DNA of 64,000 nt, taken from positions 341,786 to 405,785 of the forward strand of contig JAVKIP010000001.1 of NCBI GenBank assembly GCA_031459385.1, written 5' to 3'. A program made the position numbers and the translations under genes. Below the pieces are notes generated by a model. The model ran no database searches, was not told the origin of the DNA, and was given only the letters and a program-made list of their open reading frames with translations. Numbering within the stretch: position 1 is the stretch's first letter; each line of letters starts with the position of its first letter. This document shows, piece after piece, positions 19,311 through 28,122 of this stretch. The stretch comes from Candidatus Fervidifonticultor secundus. Its GTDB lineage: Bacteria > Sysuimicrobiota > Sysuimicrobiia > Sysuimicrobiales > Humicultoraceae.

Positions 19311-19345
19311 GGACGCGTCAGGTGGCGCCGGGAAGGTTTCCGGTG

Positions 19346-19945
19346 ATGCTCGAGGGAGCGCCCGACGAGGTGCGCACCGTCCCGCGCGTCGAGGAGGTCT
19401 TCGGCGACCTGCCCGTGCTCGAGACGCCGCGGTTGCTGCTTCGCCCGCTCACCCTGGAGGACGCCGCAGACATCTACGCGTACGCCTCGGATCCGGAGGT
19501 CAGCCGCTACGTCACCTGGCACGCGCACCGCAGCATCGAGGACACGCGGACGTTCCTCCACGGTGCGCTGGCCCTGTACGCAGCCGGTCAGGTCGCGCCC
19601 TGGGGCATGGTCCACCGCGCCGACGGGAAGGTCATCGGCACCTGCGGCTTCGTCTCCTGGTATCCCGACCACGGCCGGGCCGAGATCGGCTACTCGCTGG
19701 CCCGCGCCTACTGGCGTCAGGGCTACACCACCGAAGCCGTGCGGCGCATCATGCGCTTCGGCTTCGAGGTCATGGCCCTCAATCGGATCGAGGCGCGGTG
19801 CGAGATTCCCAACGTGGCGTCCGCGCGGCTGCTGGAGAAGGTCGGCATGACGTTCGAAGGCATCCTGCGCGAGCACGTGTACGGCAAGGGCCGCTACCGC
19901 GACATGCAGATGTACTCGATCCTGCGCCGGGAGTGGCACCCGTAG
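19346..19945 (+). CDS. GNAT N-acetyltransferase, RimJ/RimL family
   Basis: LETPRLLLRP, AEIGYSL, YWRQGYTTEA, NVASARLLEKVGM; start uncertain. Confidence 0.9.
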   Translation: MLEGAPDEVRTVPRVEEVFGDLPVLETPRLLLRPLTLEDAADIYAYASDPEVSRYVTWHAHRSIEDTRTFLHGALALYAAGQVAPWGMVHRADGKVIGTCGFVSWYPDHGRAEIGYSLARAYWRQGYTTEAVRRIMRFGFEVMALNRIEARCEIPNVASARLLEKVGMTFEGILREHVYGKGRYRDMQMYSILRREWHP

Positions 19946-19965
19946 GCTGGGGTGTCGCGTGGGCC

Positions 19966-21171
19966 TCACGTGTCCCGGACGGGCTGCGGGCGCGCCCCGG
20001 GCTGCGCGGTCAGCGCGCCGGCGGCCAGCGCCGTGGCCAGGAGGAAGCCTGAGGCGACCACGAAGGCGGCCTGGAAGCCGACGTCGTCGATGACGAAGCC
20101 GATGACGACCGGCGCCGCCATGGCGCCGAAGTCGCCCAGCGTGCGGTTGACGCCCAGCGCCGTGCCCCAGCGGGCCTCGGGCACCCGGTCGGTGATCATG
20201 GCGATGACGAAGCTGCCGCCCAGGTTGGCCCACGAGACCAGCGAGACCGCCAGCACCAGGGTGCCCAGCGAGCCGACGGCGAGAAAGCTCAGCACCGACA
20301 GCGCCAGCGCCACGAGCCCGCCGATCACGACCGGGCGCGTGCCGTAGCGGCGCACCAGCCAGCCGCCCAGCAGCGCGCTGACGAACCGCTGCAGCGTCCC
20401 CACCATGAGCAGGGTGCCGATCGCTGCAGCACCCAGGTGCACCTCGCGCGCGGCGTACAGCGGGATCAGCGTGGTGAGTACCCCGCCGTGGAAGAACAGG
20501 AACGCCAGCATGCACAGGCCGGGCCCCACGACGTCGCCGGGCCGCGCACGCTCGGCCGCGGCCGCCGCGCGCTCCGGGGCGTCAGGCGACGGACCAGGCC
20601 CAGGCAGCCTGCGGCCGACCGCCGCGGCCACCGCGCCCGCGGCGACCGCGAGCCCGAAGGAGGCGCGCCAGCTCAGCCAGTCGGCCAGCACGCCGCCGGC
20701 GGCGGGGCCGAGCGCGCTGCCCGTGAGGCCCGCGAGCTGATGGTAGCTGAACAGCTGCGCCTTCGTGTCCGGCGTGGCGAGCCGGGCCAGCCAGAACTGC
20801 ACCGACAGGAAGAACAGGGCCGAACCCAGCCCCATGATCGCCCGGCCGGCGATCACCACCCAGAAGACCGGGGCTGCAGCCGCCACCACCGCACCGGCTG
20901 CCAGGATCGCGCCGCCGGTCGCAACGGTGTGCGGGAGCCGCGACCGCGCCACGTACCGGCTCATGGGCAAGTTGAACAACAGCCGCACACCGTTGTAGAC
21001 GCCCAGCGCCAGAGCCACCGCGCCGGCCGAGACCCGGAAGTCGCGCTGGATCTGCGGGATCAATGGGCCCATGACGGAGACGCCGAGGTCGATGACCAGG
21101 AGGAGCGTCAGCAGCCGCACCGCTCCGGCGGCCGCCGACCAGCCCGCGGACGTGGTGCGCAGTCGGCTCAA
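19966..21171 (-). CDS. MFS transporter
   Basis: About 12 hydrophobic segments; GRAIMGLG, GPAAGGVLA, RYGTRP. Confidence 0.85.
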   Translation of the reverse strand: MSRLRTTSAGWSAAAGAVRLLTLLLVIDLGVSVMGPLIPQIQRDFRVSAGAVALALGVYNGVRLLFNLPMSRYVARSRLPHTVATGGAILAAGAVVAAAAPVFWVVIAGRAIMGLGSALFFLSVQFWLARLATPDTKAQLFSYHQLAGLTGSALGPAAGGVLADWLSWRASFGLAVAAGAVAAAVGRRLPGPGPSPDAPERAAAAAERARPGDVVGPGLCMLAFLFFHGGVLTTLIPLYAAREVHLGAAAIGTLLMVGTLQRFVSALLGGWLVRRYGTRPVVIGGLVALALSVLSFLAVGSLGTLVLAVSLVSWANLGGSFVIAMITDRVPEARWGTALGVNRTLGDFGAMAAPVVIGFVIDDVGFQAAFVVASGFLLATALAAGALTAQPGARPQPVRDT

Positions 21172-21234
21172 GGCGACGCAGAAAAGCAGGTGCAGGCGGG
21201 CGGATGGATGCCGCCGGGCACGCCTGCTGCGAGA

Positions 21235-21753
21235 CTACGACCGCGGGTTGACCGGTGAGAACCCCGGGCCGCGGTCCGGCTGCGGGAACGGCAACCCCGG
21301 AATCGCCGGGCCCTGGTAGGGATCGAGTCGGAAGTACTCGGGCGGCGACGTGGGGCGGCCGGGACCGTCCTGCGGACCCGGACCGGGTCGCAGCTGGTAG
21401 AGCTGGCCGTTGTGGTAGAAGAGGATGATCGGCTCGCACTCACCCTGCTGGGTGCCTGGCAGCTGTCCTGGTGTCTGCTGGCCCGGGAAAGGCAGCGGGA
21501 CGAACTCGCGCAGGTTCGGGGCCCGCCCCGGCGCACCCGGCGTCCCCGGGGTGATCTGGTTGGGGAACGGCTGCGGCACCTGACCCGGGGCCGGCACGAT
21601 GGGCTCGAGGATCTGGGCCGGCTGGACGAGCGGGCGGGCGCCACCAGCCGCGGCCGCGGCCGTGCGGCCTGCCGCGAGCCCGGCCGTGTACGCGAGCACC
21701 CCCACGACACCTGCGACCACGGTGACCAGCAGAAGTACGCGCGTCCTGGCCAT
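21235..21753 (-). CDS. Hypothetical exported Pro/Gly/Gln-rich protein (172 aa)
   Basis: SD ggagg, N-terminal basic + hydrophobic signal/anchor, own promoter, GC3-biased codons. Confidence 0.7.
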   Translation of the reverse strand: MARTRVLLLVTVVAGVVGVLAYTAGLAAGRTAAAAAGGARPLVQPAQILEPIVPAPGQVPQPFPNQITPGTPGAPGRAPNLREFVPLPFPGQQTPGQLPGTQQGECEPIILFYHNGQLYQLRPGPGPQDGPGRPTSPPEYFRLDPYQGPAIPGLPFPQPDRGPGFSPVNPRS

Positions 21754-21781
21754 GGCGTCCCCTCCCACCTCGGATACGCAT

Positions 21782-21790
21782 AGAATAGCA
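21782..21790 (-). promoter_or_regulatory. Extended -10 promoter for the hypothetical exported protein
   Basis: Minus strand TG-C-TATTCT, identical to the glnA -10 region. Confidence 0.5.
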
Positions 21791-21942
21791 CAAAGGGGGC
21801 GCGGTTCAGCCCACACCTGCCCCCGAGGTTCTCCCACCCACTGGACCTGCGCGCGGCCGCGTAGCATATCATGGAGGTGCTCGAGGCGGAGTGTGGCAGC
21901 GCCGATGGCGCTGCGGATCTTGCACGGCAGGAGGAAGGAGCC

Positions 21943-22400
21943 ATGGGTACCAGGCGATGGGTGAGCTGACTGCTGGCCGTGTCGCTGGCGGTGGCGCTGG
22001 TCGGGCTCCGGGGGTGGGCAGGTCCCACCGAGCCGGTCGTGCTGGGTGCCGGTCGGCGGATCTCATCAAGCACCGGGGCTACCGCGTCGCCGCAGCCCGT
22101 GTCGAGGCGGTCCTGCAGGAGCACCCTGCGGTCGTGGCGGCATGCGTGGTGGGAGTTCCCGATGCCGACGCCGGCGAGGGCGTGAAGGCCTTTGTAGTCA
22201 TGAAGGAGGGGACGCGGGGGGTCTCGGCCCACGACCTGCTGCAGTGGTGCCGTCGGCGGCTGGCGCCGTATGAAGTCCCCCACTACGTCGAGTTCCGTGA
22301 CATGCTGCCCGAGTCGCGGGTGGGGAAGCTGCTGCGGCGGGAGCTGCGCGAGCAGGAACGCCGCAAGGTTGACGCGGGCGGAGGCCGCTCTCTAAGATGA
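21943..22400 (+). pseudogene. Chimeric remnant: SBP-like signal peptide (with in-frame TGA) joined out of frame to the C-terminal domain of an acyl-CoA synthetase
   Basis: SD+MGTRRWVS*LLAVSLAVALVGLRGWAGPTEPVVLG, then from ~22050 RSADLIKHRGYRV..VEAVLQEHPAV..GVPD..GEGVKAFVV..LPESRVGKLLRRELR (AMP-binding_C). Confidence 0.75.
22369..22398 (+). promoter_or_regulatory. Candidate sigma70 promoter for a near-leaderless gene
   Basis: TTGACG(22369-74)-18 bp-TAAGAT(22393-98), 9 nt before ATG 22408, which lacks an SD. Confidence 0.45.
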
Positions 22401-22407
22401 ACCCACT

Positions 22408-22776
22408 ATGGCCCTGATCTTCACCTTCCCCTGTGGCGGCTGCGGGCGGCGGTACACGGTCTACTACCCCAAGGCCCTCATGTACGAACTCTCCGGCAGC
22501 GGTACCCGGGAGATGGGCGTGAAGGAAGACGAGGCGGAGCGGGCCGCGGGCAACGTCGAGGCCGCGCGCCGGCGTGCTGAAGGGCAGGGGAACATCTGGG
22601 TCGACGCCTCCGAGCGGCTGGAACTGGTCTGCGTCTGCGGGAAGAAGCTGAACTTCAACATCGCCCAGCACCCGCGCGTGCCGCAGTCCAAGCAGGCGGC
22701 GCAGAAGCGGCAGACGGGGCTGATCCCGTTTCCCGAGATGGCCAGACCCCGACACGGTCCCAAGAGCGCCCCGTAG
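22408..22776 (+). CDS. Hypothetical protein with putative Zn-binding CxxC...CxC
   Basis: FPCGGCG and LVCVCG motifs; coding-like composition. Confidence 0.75.
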   Translation: MALIFTFPCGGCGRRYTVYYPKALMYELSGSGTREMGVKEDEAERAAGNVEAARRRAEGQGNIWVDASERLELVCVCGKKLNFNIAQHPRVPQSKQAAQKRQTGLIPFPEMARPRHGPKSAP

Positions 22777-22850
22777 CTCCCGGAGGCGACCGGCGCCGTC
22801 CTCCCACGCGTCGGTGCGCCGGGAGCAGACGTGCGCCGGCCTGACGCACG

Positions 22851-23579
22851 TTACGCGCCGGCCACCACGCGGTTCCGCAGCACCCCCACCCCGCCGACTT
22901 CGACCTCGACCACGTCGCCTGGCTGCAGGGGTCCCACCCCCTTCGGCGTGCCGGTGGCGATGACATCGCCGCGCTCGAGGGTCATGATGGACGAGACGAC
23001 CTCGATGAGCGTCGGCACATCGAAGATCATGGAGCGCGTGTTCGACGACTGCTTCGTCTCGCCGTTGACCCGCGCCGCCAGGTCGAGGGCGCCCGGATCG
23101 ACGCCGGTGACGATCCACGGGCCGAGTGGTGCCGAGGCGTCGAAGGCCTTGGCGCGCACCCACTGCTGCTCTGTCCGCTGGACGTCACGCGCGGTGATGT
23201 CGTTGAACGCGGTGTAGCCCCAGACGACGTCCAGGGCCCGGGCGCGGGGCACCCGCCGGCACCGCTGGCCGATGACCACCGCCAGTTCCGCCTCGTACTC
23301 CAGCTGGCGCGTGTGTGGGGGGTAGGGGATCGGCGCGTCGTGTCCGACCAGGGCGCTGGGCGGTTTGAGGAACAGCAGCGGCTCCGCCGGCGGTTCCCAT
23401 GCCAGCTCGGCGGCGTGGTCTTGGTAGTTGAAGCCCACGCAGATGATCTTGGTGGGCACGCACGGCGGGGCGAAGGTCGCCCCGGTGACGGGCAGGCGCA
23501 CGTCGCCGGCGACGACGACCTCGCCCTCGACACGGGCGTCGAGCACTGCGTGGTTGTGGACGATGCGTGCGTGGATCAT
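22851..23579 (-). CDS. Fumarylacetoacetate hydrolase family protein
   Basis: KIICVGFNYQDH, LFLKP, YEAEL, NDITARD, KAFD, GDVIATGTP; SD aggagg before ATG 23579. Confidence 0.92.
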   Translation of the reverse strand: MIHARIVHNHAVLDARVEGEVVVAGDVRLPVTGATFAPPCVPTKIICVGFNYQDHAAELAWEPPAEPLLFLKPPSALVGHDAPIPYPPHTRQLEYEAELAVVIGQRCRRVPRARALDVVWGYTAFNDITARDVQRTEQQWVRAKAFDASAPLGPWIVTGVDPGALDLAARVNGETKQSSNTRSMIFDVPTLIEVVSSIMTLERGDVIATGTPKGVGPLQPGDVVEVEVGGVGVLRNRVVAGA

Positions 23580-23616
23580 GCGCGCGTACCCTCCTGATCT
23601 GTGGCCGGCCGCGCGC

Positions 23617-25605
23617 TCAACGCAGCAGGACCCCGGCCGGCCAGCGCAGATCGAACCCCAGACCCAGCAGGTGGACGAAGCCGAGTGCCGCCAGCGCGTA
23701 GGCTGCGGCAGCCAGCGCGCGCAGCCCGGCCACCCGCCAGAGGAACAGCAGGACGAACACGAACGACGCCGCGTGGAACCCCAGCAGCCAGACCAGCGCC
23801 AGGTAGGCGGCGATGACGCCGAACCGGCGCGCCTCCCGACCGGCGTCGGCGCCCGCGTCCGCCGGCGCACCGTCCTCCGCGGCATCGTCGGGGGGCCCGG
23901 GTACCTCGCCCCGCACCGCCCGGACGGTCTGCAGCGCGGCCAGCGCGAGTCCCGGGACGCCGGCGAGCAACGGCATCAGCCGGGCGTCGAACTGGAAGCC
24001 TGCGCCCTGGCCGACGCCGACGGCGAAGACGGCCAGCGCGGCCAGCGCCATGGCCACCGGGACCGCGGACGCCGGGCCGCGCGCCGGCACGGCCATGGAC
24101 GGTGGCGCGCCCGCCGGCGACTGTGCGGCGTCCGGGACGACGCGGGCTCCCCAAAGGCGCCTCACCGCGCCCAGCACGAACGGCGCGGCCACCAGCGCGC
24201 CGATCGCCAGCACCCCCGGATAGCCCAGCCACCGCCAGCCGTGCAGCTTGACCGTGAGCCAGAAGTACCGCTCCATCGGCTTGGCCAGCACGAAGCCGAT
24301 GAGCAGCGGGGCCCGCGGCCACCCCGAGCGTTTCATCGCCCAGCCGAGCAGGCCGAGCAGCAGCAGGGCGAGCAAGTCGCCGGCGTGGCGCGTCGACTGA
24401 TAGGCGCCCAGCACCATGGTCACCAGCAGCGGCGGGGCCACGAGCGCGAAGGGCACGTGCGTGACCCGCGCCAGTCCGGGGCTCAGCAGGAAACACAGCG
24501 CGGCGCCCAGGATGTTGGCCAGCGCGAAGGACCAGACGATGACGTAGACCACGTCCAGGTGTTCCTGGACGAGCCGCGGGCCGGGGTAGATGCCGTAGGC
24601 GTACAACGCGCCCAGGATGACCGCGGCGGCCGGACCGCCCGGCACGCTGAAGAGCAGCGTCGGGATCAGGTCGCCGGCGGCGGCGGCGTTGTTGGCGCTC
24701 TCGGGCGCGATGATCCCGCGCACGTCGCCCCTGCCGAAGCGGCCGCGGTCGCGGCTGGCGGCCACGGTGTGCCCGTACGACATCCACGCGGCCGCGGTGG
24801 CGCCGATGGCGGGCAGCACCCCGGCCCAGATGCCGATCAACGCACCGCGCAGCACCAGCCACCGGTGCGCGACGACATCCCGGACGCCGTCGCGCCAGCC
24901 GCCGCCCAGCCCGACCTCCCGCGCAATGGCGCCGCCGCGCGCCAGCAGCGTGACGATCTCCGCGATCCCGAAGACGCCCAGCGCCAGCACCACCAGCGAG
25001 AGGCCGTCCAGCAGGTAGAGCTGGCCGAACGTGTACCGGAACTCGGCCGCGGCCGGCGCCGGGCCGACCAGGCCGAGCAATACACCCAGCAGCCCGGCCA
25101 GCAGCCCCTTCACCGCCGACCGGCCCAGCAGGCTGCCGGCGTACGCCACGCCCAGCGCCGTGAACATGAACAACTCGGGCGAGCCGAGCAGCATCACCAG
25201 CGGCCGGGCGATGGGGATGGCCAGCGTGAGCCCCACGACCCCCAGGAAGCCGCCGATCAGCGACGAGAGGAACGCGGCCGCCAGGGCCCGCGCGGCCTGC
25301 CCCTGCCGGGCCAGGGCGTGGCCCTCGATGGCGGTGGGTGCCGCGGCGGGCGAGCCAGGCGTGCCCACCAGCACCGAGGTGATCACGTCGCCGGTGTAGA
25401 CGACCGCCAGCGCGCCCGTCAGCATCGCCAGCGCGGTGGTGACGTCGAGGCGAACGATCAGGGGGAGGAGGACCGAGACCGCCACGATGCCGCCCAGCCC
25501 GGGCAGCAGGCCGACGGCGAGCCCGGCGAGCACGCCCACCGCCAGCAGCCCCAGCCGGGCAGGGCTGGCGAACGTCTGGAGCGCTGCGAGCGCCGCGTCA
25601 AGCAC
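23617..25605 (-). CDS. tctA: Tripartite tricarboxylate transporter permease TctA with C-terminal TctB-like fusion (copy 1)
   Basis: GLLPGLGG, GTPGS, APESANNA, LIPTLLFSVPG, GIYPGP; extra 4-TM C-terminal segment. Confidence 0.9.
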   Translation of the reverse strand: MLDAALAALQTFASPARLGLLAVGVLAGLAVGLLPGLGGIVAVSVLLPLIVRLDVTTALAMLTGALAVVYTGDVITSVLVGTPGSPAAAPTAIEGHALARQGQAARALAAAFLSSLIGGFLGVVGLTLAIPIARPLVMLLGSPELFMFTALGVAYAGSLLGRSAVKGLLAGLLGVLLGLVGPAPAAAEFRYTFGQLYLLDGLSLVVLALGVFGIAEIVTLLARGGAIAREVGLGGGWRDGVRDVVAHRWLVLRGALIGIWAGVLPAIGATAAAWMSYGHTVAASRDRGRFGRGDVRGIIAPESANNAAAAGDLIPTLLFSVPGGPAAAVILGALYAYGIYPGPRLVQEHLDVVYVIVWSFALANILGAALCFLLSPGLARVTHVPFALVAPPLLVTMVLGAYQSTRHAGDLLALLLLGLLGWAMKRSGWPRAPLLIGFVLAKPMERYFWLTVKLHGWRWLGYPGVLAIGALVAAPFVLGAVRRLWGARVVPDAAQSPAGAPPSMAVPARGPASAVPVAMALAALAVFAVGVGQGAGFQFDARLMPLLAGVPGLALAALQTVRAVRGEVPGPPDDAAEDGAPADAGADAGREARRFGVIAAYLALVWLLGFHAASFVFVLLFLWRVAGLRALAAAAYALAALGFVHLLGLGFDLRWPAGVLLR

Positions 25606-25685
25606 GGCGCGCTGTCGACGCGCCCGGCGTAGCGGTGGAAGCCACGCGCCCGGGCACTGTCACTGCGCGCGGCCAGGGCCGCACG

Positions 25686-26810
25686 CTAGAACCGCACGTT
25701 GTACTTCTCCCGCAGCAGGTCGGCGATCCACTTCTGCACGTCCAGCGTCGGCCGCATCGCCTTGCGCACGCCGGCTTCCACCTGGTCGCCGCGCCGCAGC
25801 AGGTAGCCGCCGGTGACGCTCTTCGCCCGCTCCTTGAACTCGGGATCGGCCACGATGCGGTCGATGGCCTCGTTGATGGCGCGCAGCGCCGCGTCGGGCG
25901 TCCCCTCCGGCGCCCACCAGGTGAGTCCGTAGGTGAACGTCAGGGACGACGCGGCCTCGTAGGCCCGCCAGCGCGGCCCTGCCGGCCGGCTTTTGTAAAG
26001 GTCGCGGTAGACCTCGAACGTCGAGGGGAGATCGGCGACGACCGGATCGCGCAGGACCAGTTCGCCGCGCTCGTTGGGGAAGCCGCCGGTGAAGAGGGGC
26101 ACGGCCTTGCCGTCCTTGACCAGCGGCACCACCTGGGTCAGGTAGACCGGCGTGAACTGGAAGTCCAGGTTGGTCTCGCCGCGCTCGAACGCGAGCCGGA
26201 TCGGTCCCCGCCCCTCGAACCCCAGCACCACCTTGACGGGCAGGCGCAGCAGCTCGAACGCGATCAGCACGGGCAGGTCGCTCCCGGTCGCTGCGATGCC
26301 GCCGTAGACCAGCGGCTCCGCGGGCTTCAGCAGGTCGGCGGCTTTGCGGACGCCGGTCTTCGGCGCGACGTAGACCACGGGCCCGAACGCCAGCGTCATC
26401 GCCACGCGCATCTTCGCCAGGTCGTAGCGGGCCGAGGGGTGGCCGAACATCCAGGGGAAGACCGTGGACGAGGTGGTGCACATCAACATCAGCCCGTCGG
26501 GCTTGGCGTTGGCCGCGAAGAACGACGCGCCGAGCATCGAGCCGCCGCCTGGCACGTTGCGCACGGTCACGCGCGGCCCCCCGGCCAGGTGCTTCTCGAG
26601 GAACGGTGCAACGAAGCGCGCCCCCACGTCGGCCGCGCCGCCTGGCGCGAACGGCACGATGACCTCGATGGTCTTGCCGGCGTAATAGGGCGCCTGGCCG
26701 CGGGCGGGTCCGACGACCGCGGCGAGCAGACCGGCGAGCGCGATGAGGAAGCCGGCGCGGGCGCTCCGGCCCCGCCGTGCGGCGGGTGTGGGCGCTGTCA
26801 GGGTCTGCAT
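25686..26810 (-). CDS. TTT substrate-binding protein (TctC/Bug-like)
   Basis: YYAGKTIEVIVPFAPGGAAD, NVPGGG, KPDGL, APEGTP. Confidence 0.88.
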   Translation of the reverse strand: MQTLTAPTPAARRGRSARAGFLIALAGLLAAVVGPARGQAPYYAGKTIEVIVPFAPGGAADVGARFVAPFLEKHLAGGPRVTVRNVPGGGSMLGASFFAANAKPDGLMLMCTTSSTVFPWMFGHPSARYDLAKMRVAMTLAFGPVVYVAPKTGVRKAADLLKPAEPLVYGGIAATGSDLPVLIAFELLRLPVKVVLGFEGRGPIRLAFERGETNLDFQFTPVYLTQVVPLVKDGKAVPLFTGGFPNERGELVLRDPVVADLPSTFEVYRDLYKSRPAGPRWRAYEAASSLTFTYGLTWWAPEGTPDAALRAINEAIDRIVADPEFKERAKSVTGGYLLRRGDQVEAGVRKAMRPTLDVQKWIADLLREKYNVRF

Positions 26811-26827
26811 GGATCCGTCACCTCCGC

Positions 26828-26897
26828 CAGATCTCCCGGGCGCGGGCCCGGGACCGTCACACAGCAGATCTCCCGGGCCAGGGCCCGGAGCCGTGAC
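26828..26897. repeat. Imperfect 33-bp tandem direct repeat (2 copies, 37-bp period)
   Basis: cagatctcccgggcgcgggcccgggaccgtcac (26828-60) vs cagatctcccgggccagggcccggagccgtgac (26865-97); 28/33 identical. Confidence 0.8.
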
Positions 26898-26909
26898 GCT
26901 GCCCCGGGG

Positions 26910-28049
26910 TCACCCTTCCTCCAGGATGTCCAGCGTGCCCTCGAACCGGTCGACCAGGTAGATCCGCCCGCCGGCGTCCACGTAGACGTCGTTGGACTGC
27001 GGCCGGCCCGTGGCCACCGCGGGCACGTACCACGCGACCTCCTGCGGCCGGAACGGGTCCCGGATGTCCACCACCCGCAGCCCGCCCGCGAAGTACGTCA
27101 GGTAGATGCGCTCCTCGCTCTGGAAGCCGCCGGGCCGGTTCTCGTGGATGTTGTGCGGGCCGAAGCGGAAGGCGGGGTCCGCCAGGCCCTCGGGGTCGAC
27201 GCGGAACGCTGCGACGGGGATGGGGTTGCGCTCCTCGCGGACGTCGACGATCCACATGTACTTCTCGCGGTCGGTGCCCTCGCGCCAGGGCCGCAGCCCT
27301 TCCTGCGTGCAGATCACCAGCCGGCGGCCTGGCAGCGGCAGCGCCGTGTGCAGCATGTCGCCAAACGGCGGGTGGAACGTGTGGCGGGTCACCAGGCGCG
27401 GCTGCGCCCAGGACGTCATGTCGAGAATCGCCCACCCCCAGTCCACGCAGCCCACGTAGCACCGGCTGCCCACCACGAAGGGCGCGCCGTGGACACGCAC
27501 GCGCCAGTGCCGTGGCCAGTCGGGCACCTCGCCGCCCGCGGCGTGCTGGCCGGGGATCCACCACCGGCCGACTTCCTCGGGCCGGTCGGGCCGGGCCAGG
27601 TCCACGATCCGGTAGATCTGGTCCGTGTAGCCGTCGGCACCGGCCGACAGGTGCGCGTATCGGCCGTCGGTGAACCAGAAGCGGTGCACGCCAGGCCCGC
27701 CGGTGCGGAAGACCGCCAGCTCGCGGGGCCGCGCGGGATCCTGCACGTCGTAGATCCCGATCCCGGCGGTGAACTCCGTCCCGGTGTAGCCGGGCAAGCG
27801 TTCGTAGTTCACGACCATCAGGCCGCCGGCCACCTGGACCTTGTGCATGTGCGTGTTGGGCGGGCACGGGAGCTGCGCGACGACCCGCGGCCTGCGAGGA
27901 TCGCGCACGTCCACGATAGTCGTGCCCACCTGGGCCATGGGCGCGATGTAGGCGAACCCGCCGTCGACCAGCACCTGCCCGGCGCCCACCGGGCCGTAAG
28001 GCGTCCGGCTGATGAGCCGGAGGTTGTGCAGACGACCGTCCTGCGTCAC
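26910..28049 (-). CDS. LVIVD-repeat (beta-propeller) protein, no signal peptide
   Basis: Repeats TTIVDVRDPRRP, IGIYDVQDPARP, YRIVDLARPDRP, LRVVDIRDPFRP; motifs HMHKVQ, VHRF, FGPHN. Confidence 0.88.
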   Translation of the reverse strand: MTQDGRLHNLRLISRTPYGPVGAGQVLVDGGFAYIAPMAQVGTTIVDVRDPRRPRVVAQLPCPPNTHMHKVQVAGGLMVVNYERLPGYTGTEFTAGIGIYDVQDPARPRELAVFRTGGPGVHRFWFTDGRYAHLSAGADGYTDQIYRIVDLARPDRPEEVGRWWIPGQHAAGGEVPDWPRHWRVRVHGAPFVVGSRCYVGCVDWGWAILDMTSWAQPRLVTRHTFHPPFGDMLHTALPLPGRRLVICTQEGLRPWREGTDREKYMWIVDVREERNPIPVAAFRVDPEGLADPAFRFGPHNIHENRPGGFQSEERIYLTYFAGGLRVVDIRDPFRPQEVAWYVPAVATGRPQSNDVYVDAGGRIYLVDRFEGTLDILEEG

Positions 28050-28122
28050 GACTGTGCCTCCTCTGTTCGGGGGGTGGTATCGACGCGGCGGCTGCGGTGC
28101 CGGCGCGCCGTCCCGTCAGGGC

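Noticed and set aside
26828..26897. Mini CRISPR array
   Set aside because: Only two copies with a 4-nt gap, no spacer, and no cas genes.
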